64,000 nucleotides of DNA from Bacteroidales bacterium (GTDB lineage Bacteria > Bacteroidota > Bacteroidia > Bacteroidales > UBA12077): positions 30,905 to 94,904 of the forward strand of contig JBFXEQ010000008.1 in NCBI GenBank assembly GCA_050179935.1, read 5' to 3'. How positions within the stretch are numbered: position 1 is the stretch's first letter; every line of letters begins with the position of its first letter. Below are positions 19,572-28,566 of this stretch, piece after piece. A program made the translations under genes and the position numbers. Under the pieces are notes generated by a model. The model saw only the letters and a program-made list of their open reading frames with translations, was not told the DNA's origin and did not search any database.

Positions 19572-20915
19572 ATGAAAATACTTCTCATAAATACTCCCCG
19601 TTCGCCCCATAATATGATTCTTGAATCGGCTCCAGAAGAAGCCAAACATTTTATACATAAAAAGCTTATTGGACCACCTCTTGGACTATTAACAATTGCA
19701 GCAGCAGTTAAGGATTATGATGTAACTGTTTTCGATACAAAAGGAGAATACGATTTACATCCAGAAAAAACACCGCCACTAAAAGAGTTGGTTCATAAAC
19801 TATTAAAACAATACAATCCAGATATTGTAGGAACCACTACAATTGCATCAGAGTTTTATTATGCAATTGAAATATTACAAGAAACAAAAAAATACAACCC
19901 CGAAATTTTAACCGTTATTGGTGGATTACATGCTACCATTGCAACATCAGACTTTACTGATTCTTCGATTGATTTAGTTTTACCAGGTCAATCAGCATTT
20001 GTTTTCAGAGAAGTAGTTCAAGCCAAAGAAAAAGGACTGTCTTTTGAAAACATTGGAGGATTATTTATTCAGAAAAACGGTCACCTTATTCCATCTAAAG
20101 GAATTGCAAAAGAAGTGAATGCAGCGAATGCAGATTTTCTAATGCCCGACAGAAAACATTTAGAAAGATGGAAAGAAACATATAAGGTTGGAAACAGTCC
20201 TTTTCCTTCAACTTATATTTTTTCTTCGCTTGGATGCCCTTATAAATGTACGTTTTGCTCCATATGGTGTCAGTTTGATGGAAGATACTATCAGCGAAAA
20301 GTCGAAAGCGTTATCGATGAGCTTAAAATGGTTGATGATTATCCTATTGTTCGTTTTGCCGATGCCAATACAATAGTAGGAAATAATTTTATAAACAAAC
20401 TTTTTGATCGGATACAGGAAGAAGGTATTCGTAAAGATTATATCATGGATATTCGCTCTGATACTGCAGTTAAATATCCAAAATTGATAGAAAAACTGGC
20501 TAAAGGAGGATTAAAGGTTGTAATATGTGGGTTTGAATCGTTTCGTGAAGAAGAACTCAAAAAATATAATAAGAGCAGCGAAGCCAAATTGATTCATGAA
20601 GCAATTGAAATTTTTCACCAGAACGGGATAATGTTGCGTGGCAATTATGTTATTCCTAACGATTATGATGAATCTGATTTTAAAGCATTGTCAGATTATA
20701 CATCATCTCACCGGGTAACATATGCTGGTTATACCATTTTATCTCCTATGCCTGGAACACCTTATTATAACGAAGTTAAAGATCAAATCATCGATCATGA
20801 TTTATCTAAATATAATTTTTTTAATAGTGTATTAAAAACAAAACTTCCACTCGAAAAGTATTACGAAAATGTCGGAAAACTTTGGCTTATTAAAAAAGGA
20901 ACCGATGTAATTTAA
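19572..20915 (+). CDS. B12-binding-domain radical SAM protein (paralog 1 of 3)
   Basis: 447 aa. It has an N-terminal cobalamin-binding-like Rossmann segment (PPLGLLTIAAAVK...DIVGTT) and the cluster motif CPYKCTFC (CxxxCxxC). Confidence 0.8.
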   Translation: MKILLINTPRSPHNMILESAPEEAKHFIHKKLIGPPLGLLTIAAAVKDYDVTVFDTKGEYDLHPEKTPPLKELVHKLLKQYNPDIVGTTTIASEFYYAIEILQETKKYNPEILTVIGGLHATIATSDFTDSSIDLVLPGQSAFVFREVVQAKEKGLSFENIGGLFIQKNGHLIPSKGIAKEVNAANADFLMPDRKHLERWKETYKVGNSPFPSTYIFSSLGCPYKCTFCSIWCQFDGRYYQRKVESVIDELKMVDDYPIVRFADANTIVGNNFINKLFDRIQEEGIRKDYIMDIRSDTAVKYPKLIEKLAKGGLKVVICGFESFREEELKKYNKSSEAKLIHEAIEIFHQNGIMLRGNYVIPNDYDESDFKALSDYTSSHRVTYAGYTILSPMPGTPYYNEVKDQIIDHDLSKYNFFNSVLKTKLPLEKYYENVGKLWLIKKGTDVI

Positions 20916-21038
20916 CCCTCCAAATCATACTTTAATCACTAATATTCTGACATTTACGTTAAAATTATAAATCGGTATAATTATTGATGATTCAATATTT
21001 ATATTTAAAAATTTATTACCTTAGCTTAACAATTAAAA

Positions 21039-21428
21039 ATGGAGGAAATTATAAAAATGAAAAAAGCAATTTACACCATTACAACATTGGTAATTTTTTT
21101 AGTTTTCAGTACCGGGGCGTTTGCAAATAAAACAGGGGTTAAAATAATTGCCCCCGAAAAAGCAACTAAGGGAACTGAAATTACCATTAAGATTGAAGTT
21201 AATCACATAGGAAACACCAAAGGTCACTATACCGATTGGGTTCTGGTAAAAGTAAACGGAAAAGAATTCAAAAAGTGGGAATATAATCCCAGCAGTTTAC
21301 CTGAAAATCAGAATTTTGTTCTTGAGTTTACAATAAAAGCAGAGGAAAACATGGAAATTATTGCCGAAGGAAACTGCAACAAACACGGGTCTAAAGGAGA
21401 AAATAAAGTATTCATTAAAGTCGAATAA
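21039..21428 (+). CDS. Secreted superoxide-reductase-like (SORL / desulfoferrodoxin centre-II-like) domain protein
   Basis: It has a signal peptide. NHIGNTKGHYTDW resembles the H-x5/6-H-x-I-x-W segment of SOR, and CNKHG resembles the SOR CNxHG motif. The first His ligand (EKHVP region) is not evident. An alternative start lies at 21057. Confidence 0.45.
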   Translation: MEEIIKMKKAIYTITTLVIFLVFSTGAFANKTGVKIIAPEKATKGTEITIKIEVNHIGNTKGHYTDWVLVKVNGKEFKKWEYNPSSLPENQNFVLEFTIKAEENMEIIAEGNCNKHGSKGENKVFIKVE

Positions 21429-21429
21429 T

Positions 21430-21615
21430 ATGATTTTCGGAATCAATATTATTTTATGGCTTGGAATAATAAATCTTTTTTTGGCATTATTCCAATTGAT
21501 GAGCGGCTTACGTTACATAAAAGTTAAATACAGGCTGCATAAAACACTTGGTATTATATTCTTCTTTACTGCATTTACACATGGAATTTATGCATTAGTA
21601 ATAAATTATATTTAA
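21430..21615 (+). CDS. Small two-TM membrane protein with two intramembrane His
   Basis: 61 aa from the ATG at 21430, 1 nt after the upstream stop. It has two hydrophobic helices with His in HKTLGIIFFF and FTHGIY. The ORF-track start 21361 overlaps the upstream gene and is rejected. Confidence 0.45.
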   Translation: MIFGINIILWLGIINLFLALFQLMSGLRYIKVKYRLHKTLGIIFFFTAFTHGIYALVINYI

Positions 21616-21640
21616 AATTAAACCTTAATTAAAATTAATT

Positions 21641-22255
21641 ATGAAAAGTTTAAAATTGATTCTTGTATCACTTATTTTTTTAAGTGTTACTTCTGTTCAG
21701 GCACAGAAAATAAAAGTTACAGAAGGTGACCTTACTTTCTTAAAAGGGCAAACCCAAGTACTTGTTGAGTACGATTATAGCCAACTAGCTGTAGGCAAAT
21801 TTGACAAAGAAGAAGATTATGTTGCCAAAAAAGTTTCGGAATACAATGCAAAGAATCCAGGTACTGGTGACGAGTGGAAAGTAAAATGGGAAGCAGATAG
21901 AGAAGGTCGTTATCATCCAAAATTTGAAGAATTACTAAATAGCTACACTTCAAAAGCAAATTGCAGTTTTGATCAAACAAATATTAATGCACCATATACT
22001 ATGATTTTAAAAACAACCTTTACTGAACCAGGTTGGAATATTGGTATTTCAAGAATGGATGCTTCAATTAATGTTGAAATCATTTTTGTTGAAACGGTTA
22101 ATCATGACAACAAATTAGCTGTAATAACAATGACAGGTGTTCCTGGCCGTGGTGCTATGGGTAATGATTATGATACCGGTTTCAGAATTCAGGAAGCTTA
22201 CGCAAAATGCGGAAAAGAAACTGGCGCATTTTTAGTTAAAAAAGTTTTTAAATAA
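21641..22255 (+). CDS. Secreted hypothetical protein
   Basis: 204 aa with a signal peptide (LIFLSVTSVQA-QK). No family recognised. Confidence 0.55.
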   Translation: MKSLKLILVSLIFLSVTSVQAQKIKVTEGDLTFLKGQTQVLVEYDYSQLAVGKFDKEEDYVAKKVSEYNAKNPGTGDEWKVKWEADREGRYHPKFEELLNSYTSKANCSFDQTNINAPYTMILKTTFTEPGWNIGISRMDASINVEIIFVETVNHDNKLAVITMTGVPGRGAMGNDYDTGFRIQEAYAKCGKETGAFLVKKVFK

Positions 22256-22276
22256 TCTTTAATTTTTATACAAAAA

Positions 22277-22305
22277 GGGAAATCTATAACTGATTTCCCT
22301 TTTTT
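22277..22305. terminator. Bidirectional rho-independent terminator closing the minus-arm operon
   Basis: Stem GGGAAATC (22277-22284) / GATTTCCC (22292-22299), loop TATAACT. An A5 run precedes it and a T6 run follows. Confidence 0.7.
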
Positions 22306-22309
22306 GTTT

Positions 22310-23206
22310 TTATAATTTGTTTATTGGAATAAACTTAAAGGTTCCATCAATAAAGCGGGCAATTTTTGAAAGATCTTTGCCAGATCCACATTCATAAAAT
22401 TCATTAACCCCATCATTTAAAAGCATCTGCATGGTTTTATACCAATTTATTTTTGATGTAAGGTTATAAACCAGCTCTTTTCGAATTTCATCCACCGAAT
22501 TTATTGTCCTTTGATCATAGGTAGAAATTATTAAAAATTGGGGCGTATTTATCTCTAAGGTATTTATAAAACCTGCAAATCGATCAGCAAAACCGCTTAA
22601 ATATTTAGAATGATAAGGTGTTTTTACATTAAACTCCACGGCATTTAGTGCTCCTTCTGCTTTGGCCAACCCAAGAAGTATATTCACATTATGCTTTTTT
22701 CCGGCAATTACATGCGAAAACTCACTGTTTGTGTTAATAATTTCAATTTCAGAACTTGATTGATTTATTAATTGACTGATATCATCATTACTCAAACCAA
22801 TAACTCCGCCCATTCCATATTTTCCGGAGCAAGAAAGTTCATTAACCAGTTTAAAGGCATTAAAGATTATTTGAATTCCATCCTCCAATTTAATCGATCC
22901 AGCAGCATAAAGACTTGCATATATTCCCATGCTATAACCGGCAACAAAATCAGGTTTTACATCTTTTTTCTTCAATAAATCTGCAAAAGCACAGCTAAAT
23001 ATGTAGGCAATAATTTGCGCCAACAACTCATCTTTTTTATATTCGATAGCTGAATATGAGAATTCGGGCAAATCAATCCCCAATTTATTGGATGCCCTGT
23101 TGATATAGTCTTTAAAATTAATTCCAGAGCTAGCAATTGTCTCAATCTCTTTTTGCGTATAATCAGTTATAAAAGCAGGAAAAATAAATGCTCGCTTATG
23201 AATCAT
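22310..23206 (-). CDS. FabD-like acyl-carrier-protein S-acyl(malonyl)transferase
   Basis: 298 aa. It has the FIFPAF N-terminus, the nucleophile elbow GYSMG (GHSxG variant), and a His in KTPYHSKYL equivalent to the FabD AFHS. Confidence 0.7.
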   Translation of the reverse strand: MIHKRAFIFPAFITDYTQKEIETIASSGINFKDYINRASNKLGIDLPEFSYSAIEYKKDELLAQIIAYIFSCAFADLLKKKDVKPDFVAGYSMGIYASLYAAGSIKLEDGIQIIFNAFKLVNELSCSGKYGMGGVIGLSNDDISQLINQSSSEIEIINTNSEFSHVIAGKKHNVNILLGLAKAEGALNAVEFNVKTPYHSKYLSGFADRFAGFINTLEINTPQFLIISTYDQRTINSVDEIRKELVYNLTSKINWYKTMQMLLNDGVNEFYECGSGKDLSKIARFIDGTFKFIPINKL

Positions 23207-23214
23207 AAAGTACG

Positions 23215-23580
23215 TTAATTTAACAATAAAACTGTGCAGATTATATATTGATCTGTTTCTCTAAAGTTAATATCAATTTTTTTTATTCCTTTTTTTGCTA
23301 TTTCGATGGTTATTAATGCTGATGGTTCAATTTTATAATCATTCTCAGTAAAAAGAATTTCAATATCACACCAGCTTATATTTAATGAATTAATTGCTTT
23401 ATAAAATGCCTCTTTAAAACAAAAGCCTTTTAAAAAGGCTTTCTTACCATAGTATGAGTAATTCTCAATCTCTCGTGTTGTAAAAATATCATAAATCAAA
23501 TCGGACAGTATTCCATTTTGGAAATAATGTTTATCGAATCGGTTTATTTCTTCAATATCGATACCACATGAGAGTACCAT
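23215..23580 (-). CDS. AcpS-type 4'-phosphopantetheinyl transferase
   Basis: 121 aa. GIDIEEINRF and FCFKEAFYKA match the AcpS motifs. Confidence 0.75.
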   Translation of the reverse strand: MVLSCGIDIEEINRFDKHYFQNGILSDLIYDIFTTREIENYSYYGKKAFLKGFCFKEAFYKAINSLNISWCDIEILFTENDYKIEPSALITIEIAKKGIKKIDINFRETDQYIICTVLLLN

Positions 23581-23591
23581 TCGACATGAGT

Positions 23592-23897
23592 TTATTCGAA
23601 ATTTAAAATACTATTTTCGTGTTCAATTATTAATAACTGCATATCAATAAGTTCTCCAACCGTTTTTACCGGATGTTTAACTGCGTATTTACCTATTGTT
23701 TTTAATTCGATATTTAAGCTGTATTTCTTCTTGAAAATCTCGATAAGTTCAAGAAACATCAACGAGTCGCCATCTAAATCGCTAATAATATTTGTTTTAT
23801 CTGAAATATCTTCAATTGGAGTTTCACATTCTTCGGCAAAAAATTCGTAAACGATTGTTTTTACCTCTTCTTTTATTTTATCTGTAATCTGAGCCAT
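23592..23897 (-). CDS. Acyl carrier protein (divergent)
   Basis: 101 aa. DLDGDSLMFLELIE contains the DSL phosphopantetheine-attachment serine. Confidence 0.7.
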   Translation of the reverse strand: MAQITDKIKEEVKTIVYEFFAEECETPIEDISDKTNIISDLDGDSLMFLELIEIFKKKYSLNIELKTIGKYAVKHPVKTVGELIDMQLLIIEHENSILNFE

Positions 23898-23908
23898 TTT
23901 ATAATAAT

Positions 23909-24277
23909 TTATTCGCTGATTAATTTATCTACTTCTTCTTTTGTTAATTGGTTCCAATCCGGATTAATAAATTGGTTGTTTTCGATTGTAAAATCAACTC
24001 TGAAAAATGTTTCTCTATTAAATTCAAGTTTGGTATTTTTATCGGGAGTATGTTCAATAAAAACGAAATTATTAGGATTGATTTCAAATTTATTACATAA
24101 TTCCATCGCAAGCTTTGTATTCCATTCGGTAATTGATGTTCCAGGGTTTTTATCATATAAATCGGTTGCAATGACAATTGTATTATGGGCCTTCTTAACA
24201 ATTTTCAATCCACAAATCGATGGTAAATCCCAAAGGCCTTTAAAATTATATAACTGATCTTGATATTTATTCTCCAT
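23909..24277 (-). CDS. Hypothetical protein, no recognisable family
   Basis: 122-aa ORF packed 11-14 nt from both neighbours in the operon. No motif recognised. Confidence 0.55.
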   Translation of the reverse strand: MENKYQDQLYNFKGLWDLPSICGLKIVKKAHNTIVIATDLYDKNPGTSITEWNTKLAMELCNKFEINPNNFVFIEHTPDKNTKLEFNRETFFRVDFTIENNQFINPDWNQLTKEEVDKLISE

Positions 24278-24291
24278 ATTGCAATCTGAAT

Positions 24292-25566
24292 TTAAACAAT
24301 TTTTGAGCTAACAGATTTACCAAAACTAACTTTTGACAAATCCTGACGTCTTTTCTTATAGGTACCATCTTCTATTTCTCTTGAAACAACCTGTTTAAGT
24401 AATTTAAACATTTTCTCTTCCTGTGTTTCGTCTTTATAGAAAGTATCCCAGGCATATTGATATAATTCTTGTAATCTTTCAGCACTCATGTGTTTAGGAT
24501 GATAAACTACCTGACCTGCATTATAGTTATCCCAATTATGATCAAAAATTCTATTTTGCTTAACCAGATCGACATATGCTTTAGTATGCGGAAATGGGGC
24601 AAGAACAGTAAACTCAGCTAAATCTAGATCAATCTCGAGCAAGAAGTCGATTAATCGTTTTATATCATCCTCTGTTTGATCATCAAGACCAAGAAGAATA
24701 GTTCCTTCAACTCCAATTCCGTAATCGTGATATCTCTTAACGCGTTGCTTAATATAGTCGGAAGTATCAAATACCGCCTGATAAACATACCATGCACCTG
24801 CCTGTGCTGCTAAATCGAGCACTTCGGGTTTATCTTCGATGGTATGACTACACCATTTTTTCTTAAATGGGATCATGGCTTTAAACAGCTCTTTTTCCCA
24901 TTCGGTATCCTGAGCCAATGAATTATCAACAATAAATAATCTGTTATTATCAATGGTGGCAAGCTCTTCGACTACTTTGTGTACAGGTCGTGGTCTGAAA
25001 TGACGACCACCCAAATACGATACAGCACAAGGATAGCAACTATATTTACAGCCACGTGATGCATGAAACGTATCAACCATTTGTACTCCTTTGTGATAAT
25101 ATAAATCTCTCTTATAAAGTTCACGACGTGCAGGGCCCACAATTTCGATTGGAGGTAAATCGTTCATAAAATTGTAAACTTTTTTAAGTTCACCTTTCCT
25201 GAAATCATTAAAAACCTGATCCATATGACCTTCGGATTCGCCCAGGAAAACCGAATCGGCATGTAACATGGTTTCTTCAGCATGTAACATGGTTGAGATA
25301 CCACCGAAAATAACTTTTTTTCCACGTTTCCTATATTCATCAGCAATAGCCCATCCACGTTTTACCTGTGTAGTGAGGAGCATTGAAATTCCGACAAAAT
25401 CAACATTATCGTCGTAGCGCAATTCTTCTAAGTTCTCATCAATAAACTCAACCTCAAAATCGTTTGGAATGGCAGCTGCAAAAACAATTGCACCATGAGG
25501 TGGAAGATTAAATGTTGTTTGCCCTTCGAGTTTTCTCCATTTTGGAAATACTAATTGAAATTTCAT
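24292..25566 (-). CDS. B12-binding-domain radical SAM protein (paralog 2 of 3)
   Basis: 424 aa. It has an N-terminal B12-binding-like segment (VDFVGISMLLTTQ) and the motif CKYSCYPC. Confidence 0.8.
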   Translation of the reverse strand: MKFQLVFPKWRKLEGQTTFNLPPHGAIVFAAAIPNDFEVEFIDENLEELRYDDNVDFVGISMLLTTQVKRGWAIADEYRKRGKKVIFGGISTMLHAEETMLHADSVFLGESEGHMDQVFNDFRKGELKKVYNFMNDLPPIEIVGPARRELYKRDLYYHKGVQMVDTFHASRGCKYSCYPCAVSYLGGRHFRPRPVHKVVEELATIDNNRLFIVDNSLAQDTEWEKELFKAMIPFKKKWCSHTIEDKPEVLDLAAQAGAWYVYQAVFDTSDYIKQRVKRYHDYGIGVEGTILLGLDDQTEDDIKRLIDFLLEIDLDLAEFTVLAPFPHTKAYVDLVKQNRIFDHNWDNYNAGQVVYHPKHMSAERLQELYQYAWDTFYKDETQEEKMFKLLKQVVSREIEDGTYKKRRQDLSKVSFGKSVSSKIV

Positions 25567-25573
25567 ATATTAA

Positions 25574-26677
25574 TTATTTTGTTTTTATTTCACAGTATTT
25601 ATAATTATTCTGCGTCATCCAGGATTTTAAAACACTGTTAATTATTGTTTTGTTTTCCTCGGGTAATGTATATTTATTTTTTTGATAATCACTTATACTT
25701 AAAAGAAAATCATTTAGTTTCAAATCAAATTCGTTAGAATAATCGATATTAAAATGCTTGTATATCGCTTTTATTATTTCTTTTGGATTTTTCTCAAATT
25801 CCTCAAATTTAATCTCGTACTGTCGCTCTTCTGGTAATTTATTAAGATCGTTCTCAATTGTATTAAGCATATCATTTAATACTTCAGATACTTCTAAAAT
25901 TGTTGGTTTTTGCCAATGAGTATTCATCGAGTTTTGTGTACCAACAATATCCCACATTCGCTGAGTTGAAGGTACTACACTGTATGGATGCCTTATGATA
26001 TGCACATACCTGGCATTTGGAAAAATCTCATTTAAAACAGGTATTCGCAATGAATGAAATGGATTTTTTATAAGAATCGTTTTAGGGCTATAGATTAATA
26101 GTTTTTTATAAAAATAAATTAATGAATCTTTCCATTTCTGCAATTTTTCATTTTTTGGTAAAAACCCTGGGTAATTTTTTAAAAAATAGCCTCCTTTTTT
26201 TGGAAAGATAACTTGCTCCAAAGGCGAATAAACTGATAATCTGAATAAAGCATATTCATCTTCCAAAGGTTCGTCTAAGCCTAACTTAACCTGATCCATA
26301 GGCCGAGTACCTTTAATCATACGACTCATAAGCGGTTCGTACGATTTACGAGAGGTAAGAAAGCTATCGGGTATTGATGCCTGAAAAACTGTTGGAGTAA
26401 CAAAGTTTTGATCTAAACTTAATAACTGATGAAGAAAAGTACTACCAGTTCTCCAATGACCAATAATAATTACGGGATTATCAGATAGTTTTTGGTTTTT
26501 GATTTTTTCTCCATAAATCTTATTCTCTTTTCGGTGAAAAATTGAAGCCCACGCTCCATTTTGAAATAAGAATAAAAAGCGAACCAGATATTTCGGGTAA
26601 ATTGAAATACCATTTCGTGCAACAAGTTTTAAGAATCTTGTTAGTCTTGTTCCCGCAATAAGATATGCGCTTTTCAT
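25574..26677 (-). CDS. Sulfotransferase-family protein
   Basis: 367 aa. GHWRTGSTFLHQLL matches the PAPS 5'-phosphosulfate-binding loop. IIRHPYSVVPS matches the 3'-phosphate-binding R-x-P-x5-S region. Confidence 0.7.
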   Translation of the reverse strand: MKSAYLIAGTRLTRFLKLVARNGISIYPKYLVRFLFLFQNGAWASIFHRKENKIYGEKIKNQKLSDNPVIIIGHWRTGSTFLHQLLSLDQNFVTPTVFQASIPDSFLTSRKSYEPLMSRMIKGTRPMDQVKLGLDEPLEDEYALFRLSVYSPLEQVIFPKKGGYFLKNYPGFLPKNEKLQKWKDSLIYFYKKLLIYSPKTILIKNPFHSLRIPVLNEIFPNARYVHIIRHPYSVVPSTQRMWDIVGTQNSMNTHWQKPTILEVSEVLNDMLNTIENDLNKLPEERQYEIKFEEFEKNPKEIIKAIYKHFNIDYSNEFDLKLNDFLLSISDYQKNKYTLPEENKTIINSVLKSWMTQNNYKYCEIKTK

Positions 26678-26704
26678 TCGTTAACGATTATAAAAAATAT
26701 AAAT

Positions 26705-26980
26705 CTATGCCTTATTGTTTATTATAAAATCGGCAATTGTATTTACATTTTTTAATACTTCGCGGGCAAGATTCTGATCATCGATACGAACATTAAATTG
26801 TCTTTGAACAGCCATAACTAATTCAATAGCATCGATAGAATCGAGACCTAATGTATTTTCGCCTCCGAACAGTGGTATTTCATCATCAATATCAGCAGCA
26901 GCAATATCAGGAATGTTAAGTGTTTTAATAATCAGATCTTTAATCTCCAGCTTCAAATCATTTAGATTTTTTTCTTCCAT
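26705..26980 (-). CDS. Acyl carrier protein
   Basis: 91 aa. LGLDSIDAIELV is the canonical ACP attachment motif. Confidence 0.85.
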   Translation of the reverse strand: MEEKNLNDLKLEIKDLIIKTLNIPDIAAADIDDEIPLFGGENTLGLDSIDAIELVMAVQRQFNVRIDDQNLAREVLKNVNTIADFIINNKA

Positions 26981-26988
26981 CGTAAAAT

Positions 26989-28005
26989 TTAATTTAAACT
27001 TTTAACAACTAGTTTTAATTCTTTATAAAATGCCTCCTCAGCATCGGCACGATCAAGAATCATCTTACTAAGCTCGGTTAGTTTATCATGTCCCAGATCG
27101 CGGTTTTTACTAATTTTTGCAGCAAAGTAAGAAATATTTCTCCAACCATCTCCAATTTCCATCATCTTTTTTGACAAAACATCAAGTTCGGTACTATTAA
27201 ATAATTGAGCAGCTTGACGAAGAAAAGTAGCGTACATAAACCTAAAACCAGCTCCACCGGTTCCCTGATCTTCGAGAAAAATATTTATTTTGGTTATTTC
27301 GTGCGATAAATGATCTATATCGCGGGTAAGTTTTGGCCATCCAACAACTTTTCGTCCAAACATACGTATGCCTCTAATACCAATAAACGGAGGCTGAATA
27401 CCAATCATATTATTGATTGTTTCTTTAATTCCTTTGATGATAATTTTTTTTTGGTCAAACGATTGAGGAATAGAATCAATATAATACATAAATCCCTTGG
27501 GTGCTAAATATCCTTTAGCAAATCGGGCTTTTTGCAAACTACCTTTATGCAGCTTGGCAAGCTTCGGAAAATAACTATCGCTAACTATGTAATGATCGCC
27601 CTCTTTTCCTACAATAGTAATAAAATGAATATTTGCATGTACCCGCTCCCATTCAGGAATATAATCCATGTAATACAAATCAACCTGCACAGCAACAGGT
27701 ATTCCCTTTGCAATTAAAGAATCGAGCTGCTGTTCTGCTTTTTCGGGATTTCTGAATTTCTCTGATTTAAATTTAATACCAATTCTTTTGGCTACTTTTT
27801 TCCTTAGTTTACCAGGTTTTGTACGCAAAATAAACATTGGGAAATTTAAATTAGGAGTGTGCGTTAAATAACCAAAATAAAGTCCACTACCCATACCAAA
27901 AATCATTGGTTCGGTAATTGTAAGGCCTTTGTGGTTTAATAATGCAGTAAGTGTACCCGATTCGCAATGGGCAGCCATATTATGTTTAAAAGATTCAATA
28001 ATCAT
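26989..28005 (-). CDS. BtrH N-terminal-domain / DUF4872-like protein (papain-like Cys acyltransferase/peptidase fold), paralog A
   Basis: 338 aa. AAHCESGTLTALLNHKGL...IFGMGSGLYF matches the BtrH_N Cys motif. It aligns end to end with the 338-aa protein at 35843-36859. Confidence 0.65.
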   Translation of the reverse strand: MIIESFKHNMAAHCESGTLTALLNHKGLTITEPMIFGMGSGLYFGYLTHTPNLNFPMFILRTKPGKLRKKVAKRIGIKFKSEKFRNPEKAEQQLDSLIAKGIPVAVQVDLYYMDYIPEWERVHANIHFITIVGKEGDHYIVSDSYFPKLAKLHKGSLQKARFAKGYLAPKGFMYYIDSIPQSFDQKKIIIKGIKETINNMIGIQPPFIGIRGIRMFGRKVVGWPKLTRDIDHLSHEITKINIFLEDQGTGGAGFRFMYATFLRQAAQLFNSTELDVLSKKMMEIGDGWRNISYFAAKISKNRDLGHDKLTELSKMILDRADAEEAFYKELKLVVKSLN

Positions 28006-28006
28006 T

Positions 28007-28507
28007 TTATTTATTTAATTCGAATTTTGTAATTACTAAACATGAGTTTTGTGTTTTGGTTTGTTTAACACGATAATTTTTTTCGTTTGGTTTTCCGTCT
28101 TTAGTTTCATTATCTCTACCCTCAACAGTTATAACCTGAAATAAGTTCGAAACCGGAACATCAAATACTTCGGCATATTTTAATAAATCTGAAACAGTGG
28201 CTTTTTGAAATCCTTTTAATTTCAAATGTTTTTTAACTTTAAATATCGATAATCCAGCTCTACTCGATAATTCGTACACATTAAAATCGTGAATTATACG
28301 GTAATACTCAATCGGACTAATTTGGCATTCTTTAAGCTGATTTAACAACGAGAACCTTAATTTTTCCATTTTATCGAAAAAATCATCGATATAATTCTTT
28401 GATAAATGCGATCCGGTAACCAATGGTCCAAATGTGCCATCCTCTTTCTCTACATAAAGCAAGAGCTGATGAGGTTCGTAATCGACAAATGCTTCCTTTT
28501 CTTTCAT
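28007..28507 (-). CDS. Small HTH-like protein, paralog A (first gene of the minus arm)
   Basis: 166 aa. The segment ISPIEYYRIIHDFNVYELSSRAGLSIFKVKKHLKLKGFQKATVSDLLKYAEVFDVPVSNLFQ aligns with 35429-35833. It has an XRE/Cro-like helix-turn-helix appearance. Confidence 0.5.
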   Translation of the reverse strand: MKEKEAFVDYEPHQLLLYVEKEDGTFGPLVTGSHLSKNYIDDFFDKMEKLRFSLLNQLKECQISPIEYYRIIHDFNVYELSSRAGLSIFKVKKHLKLKGFQKATVSDLLKYAEVFDVPVSNLFQVITVEGRDNETKDGKPNEKNYRVKQTKTQNSCLVITKFELNK

Positions 28508-28566
28508 ACCAGATTATTAATGATACGTTACTTCACAAGATACAGAATTATCAATCTTTCGGTTTG

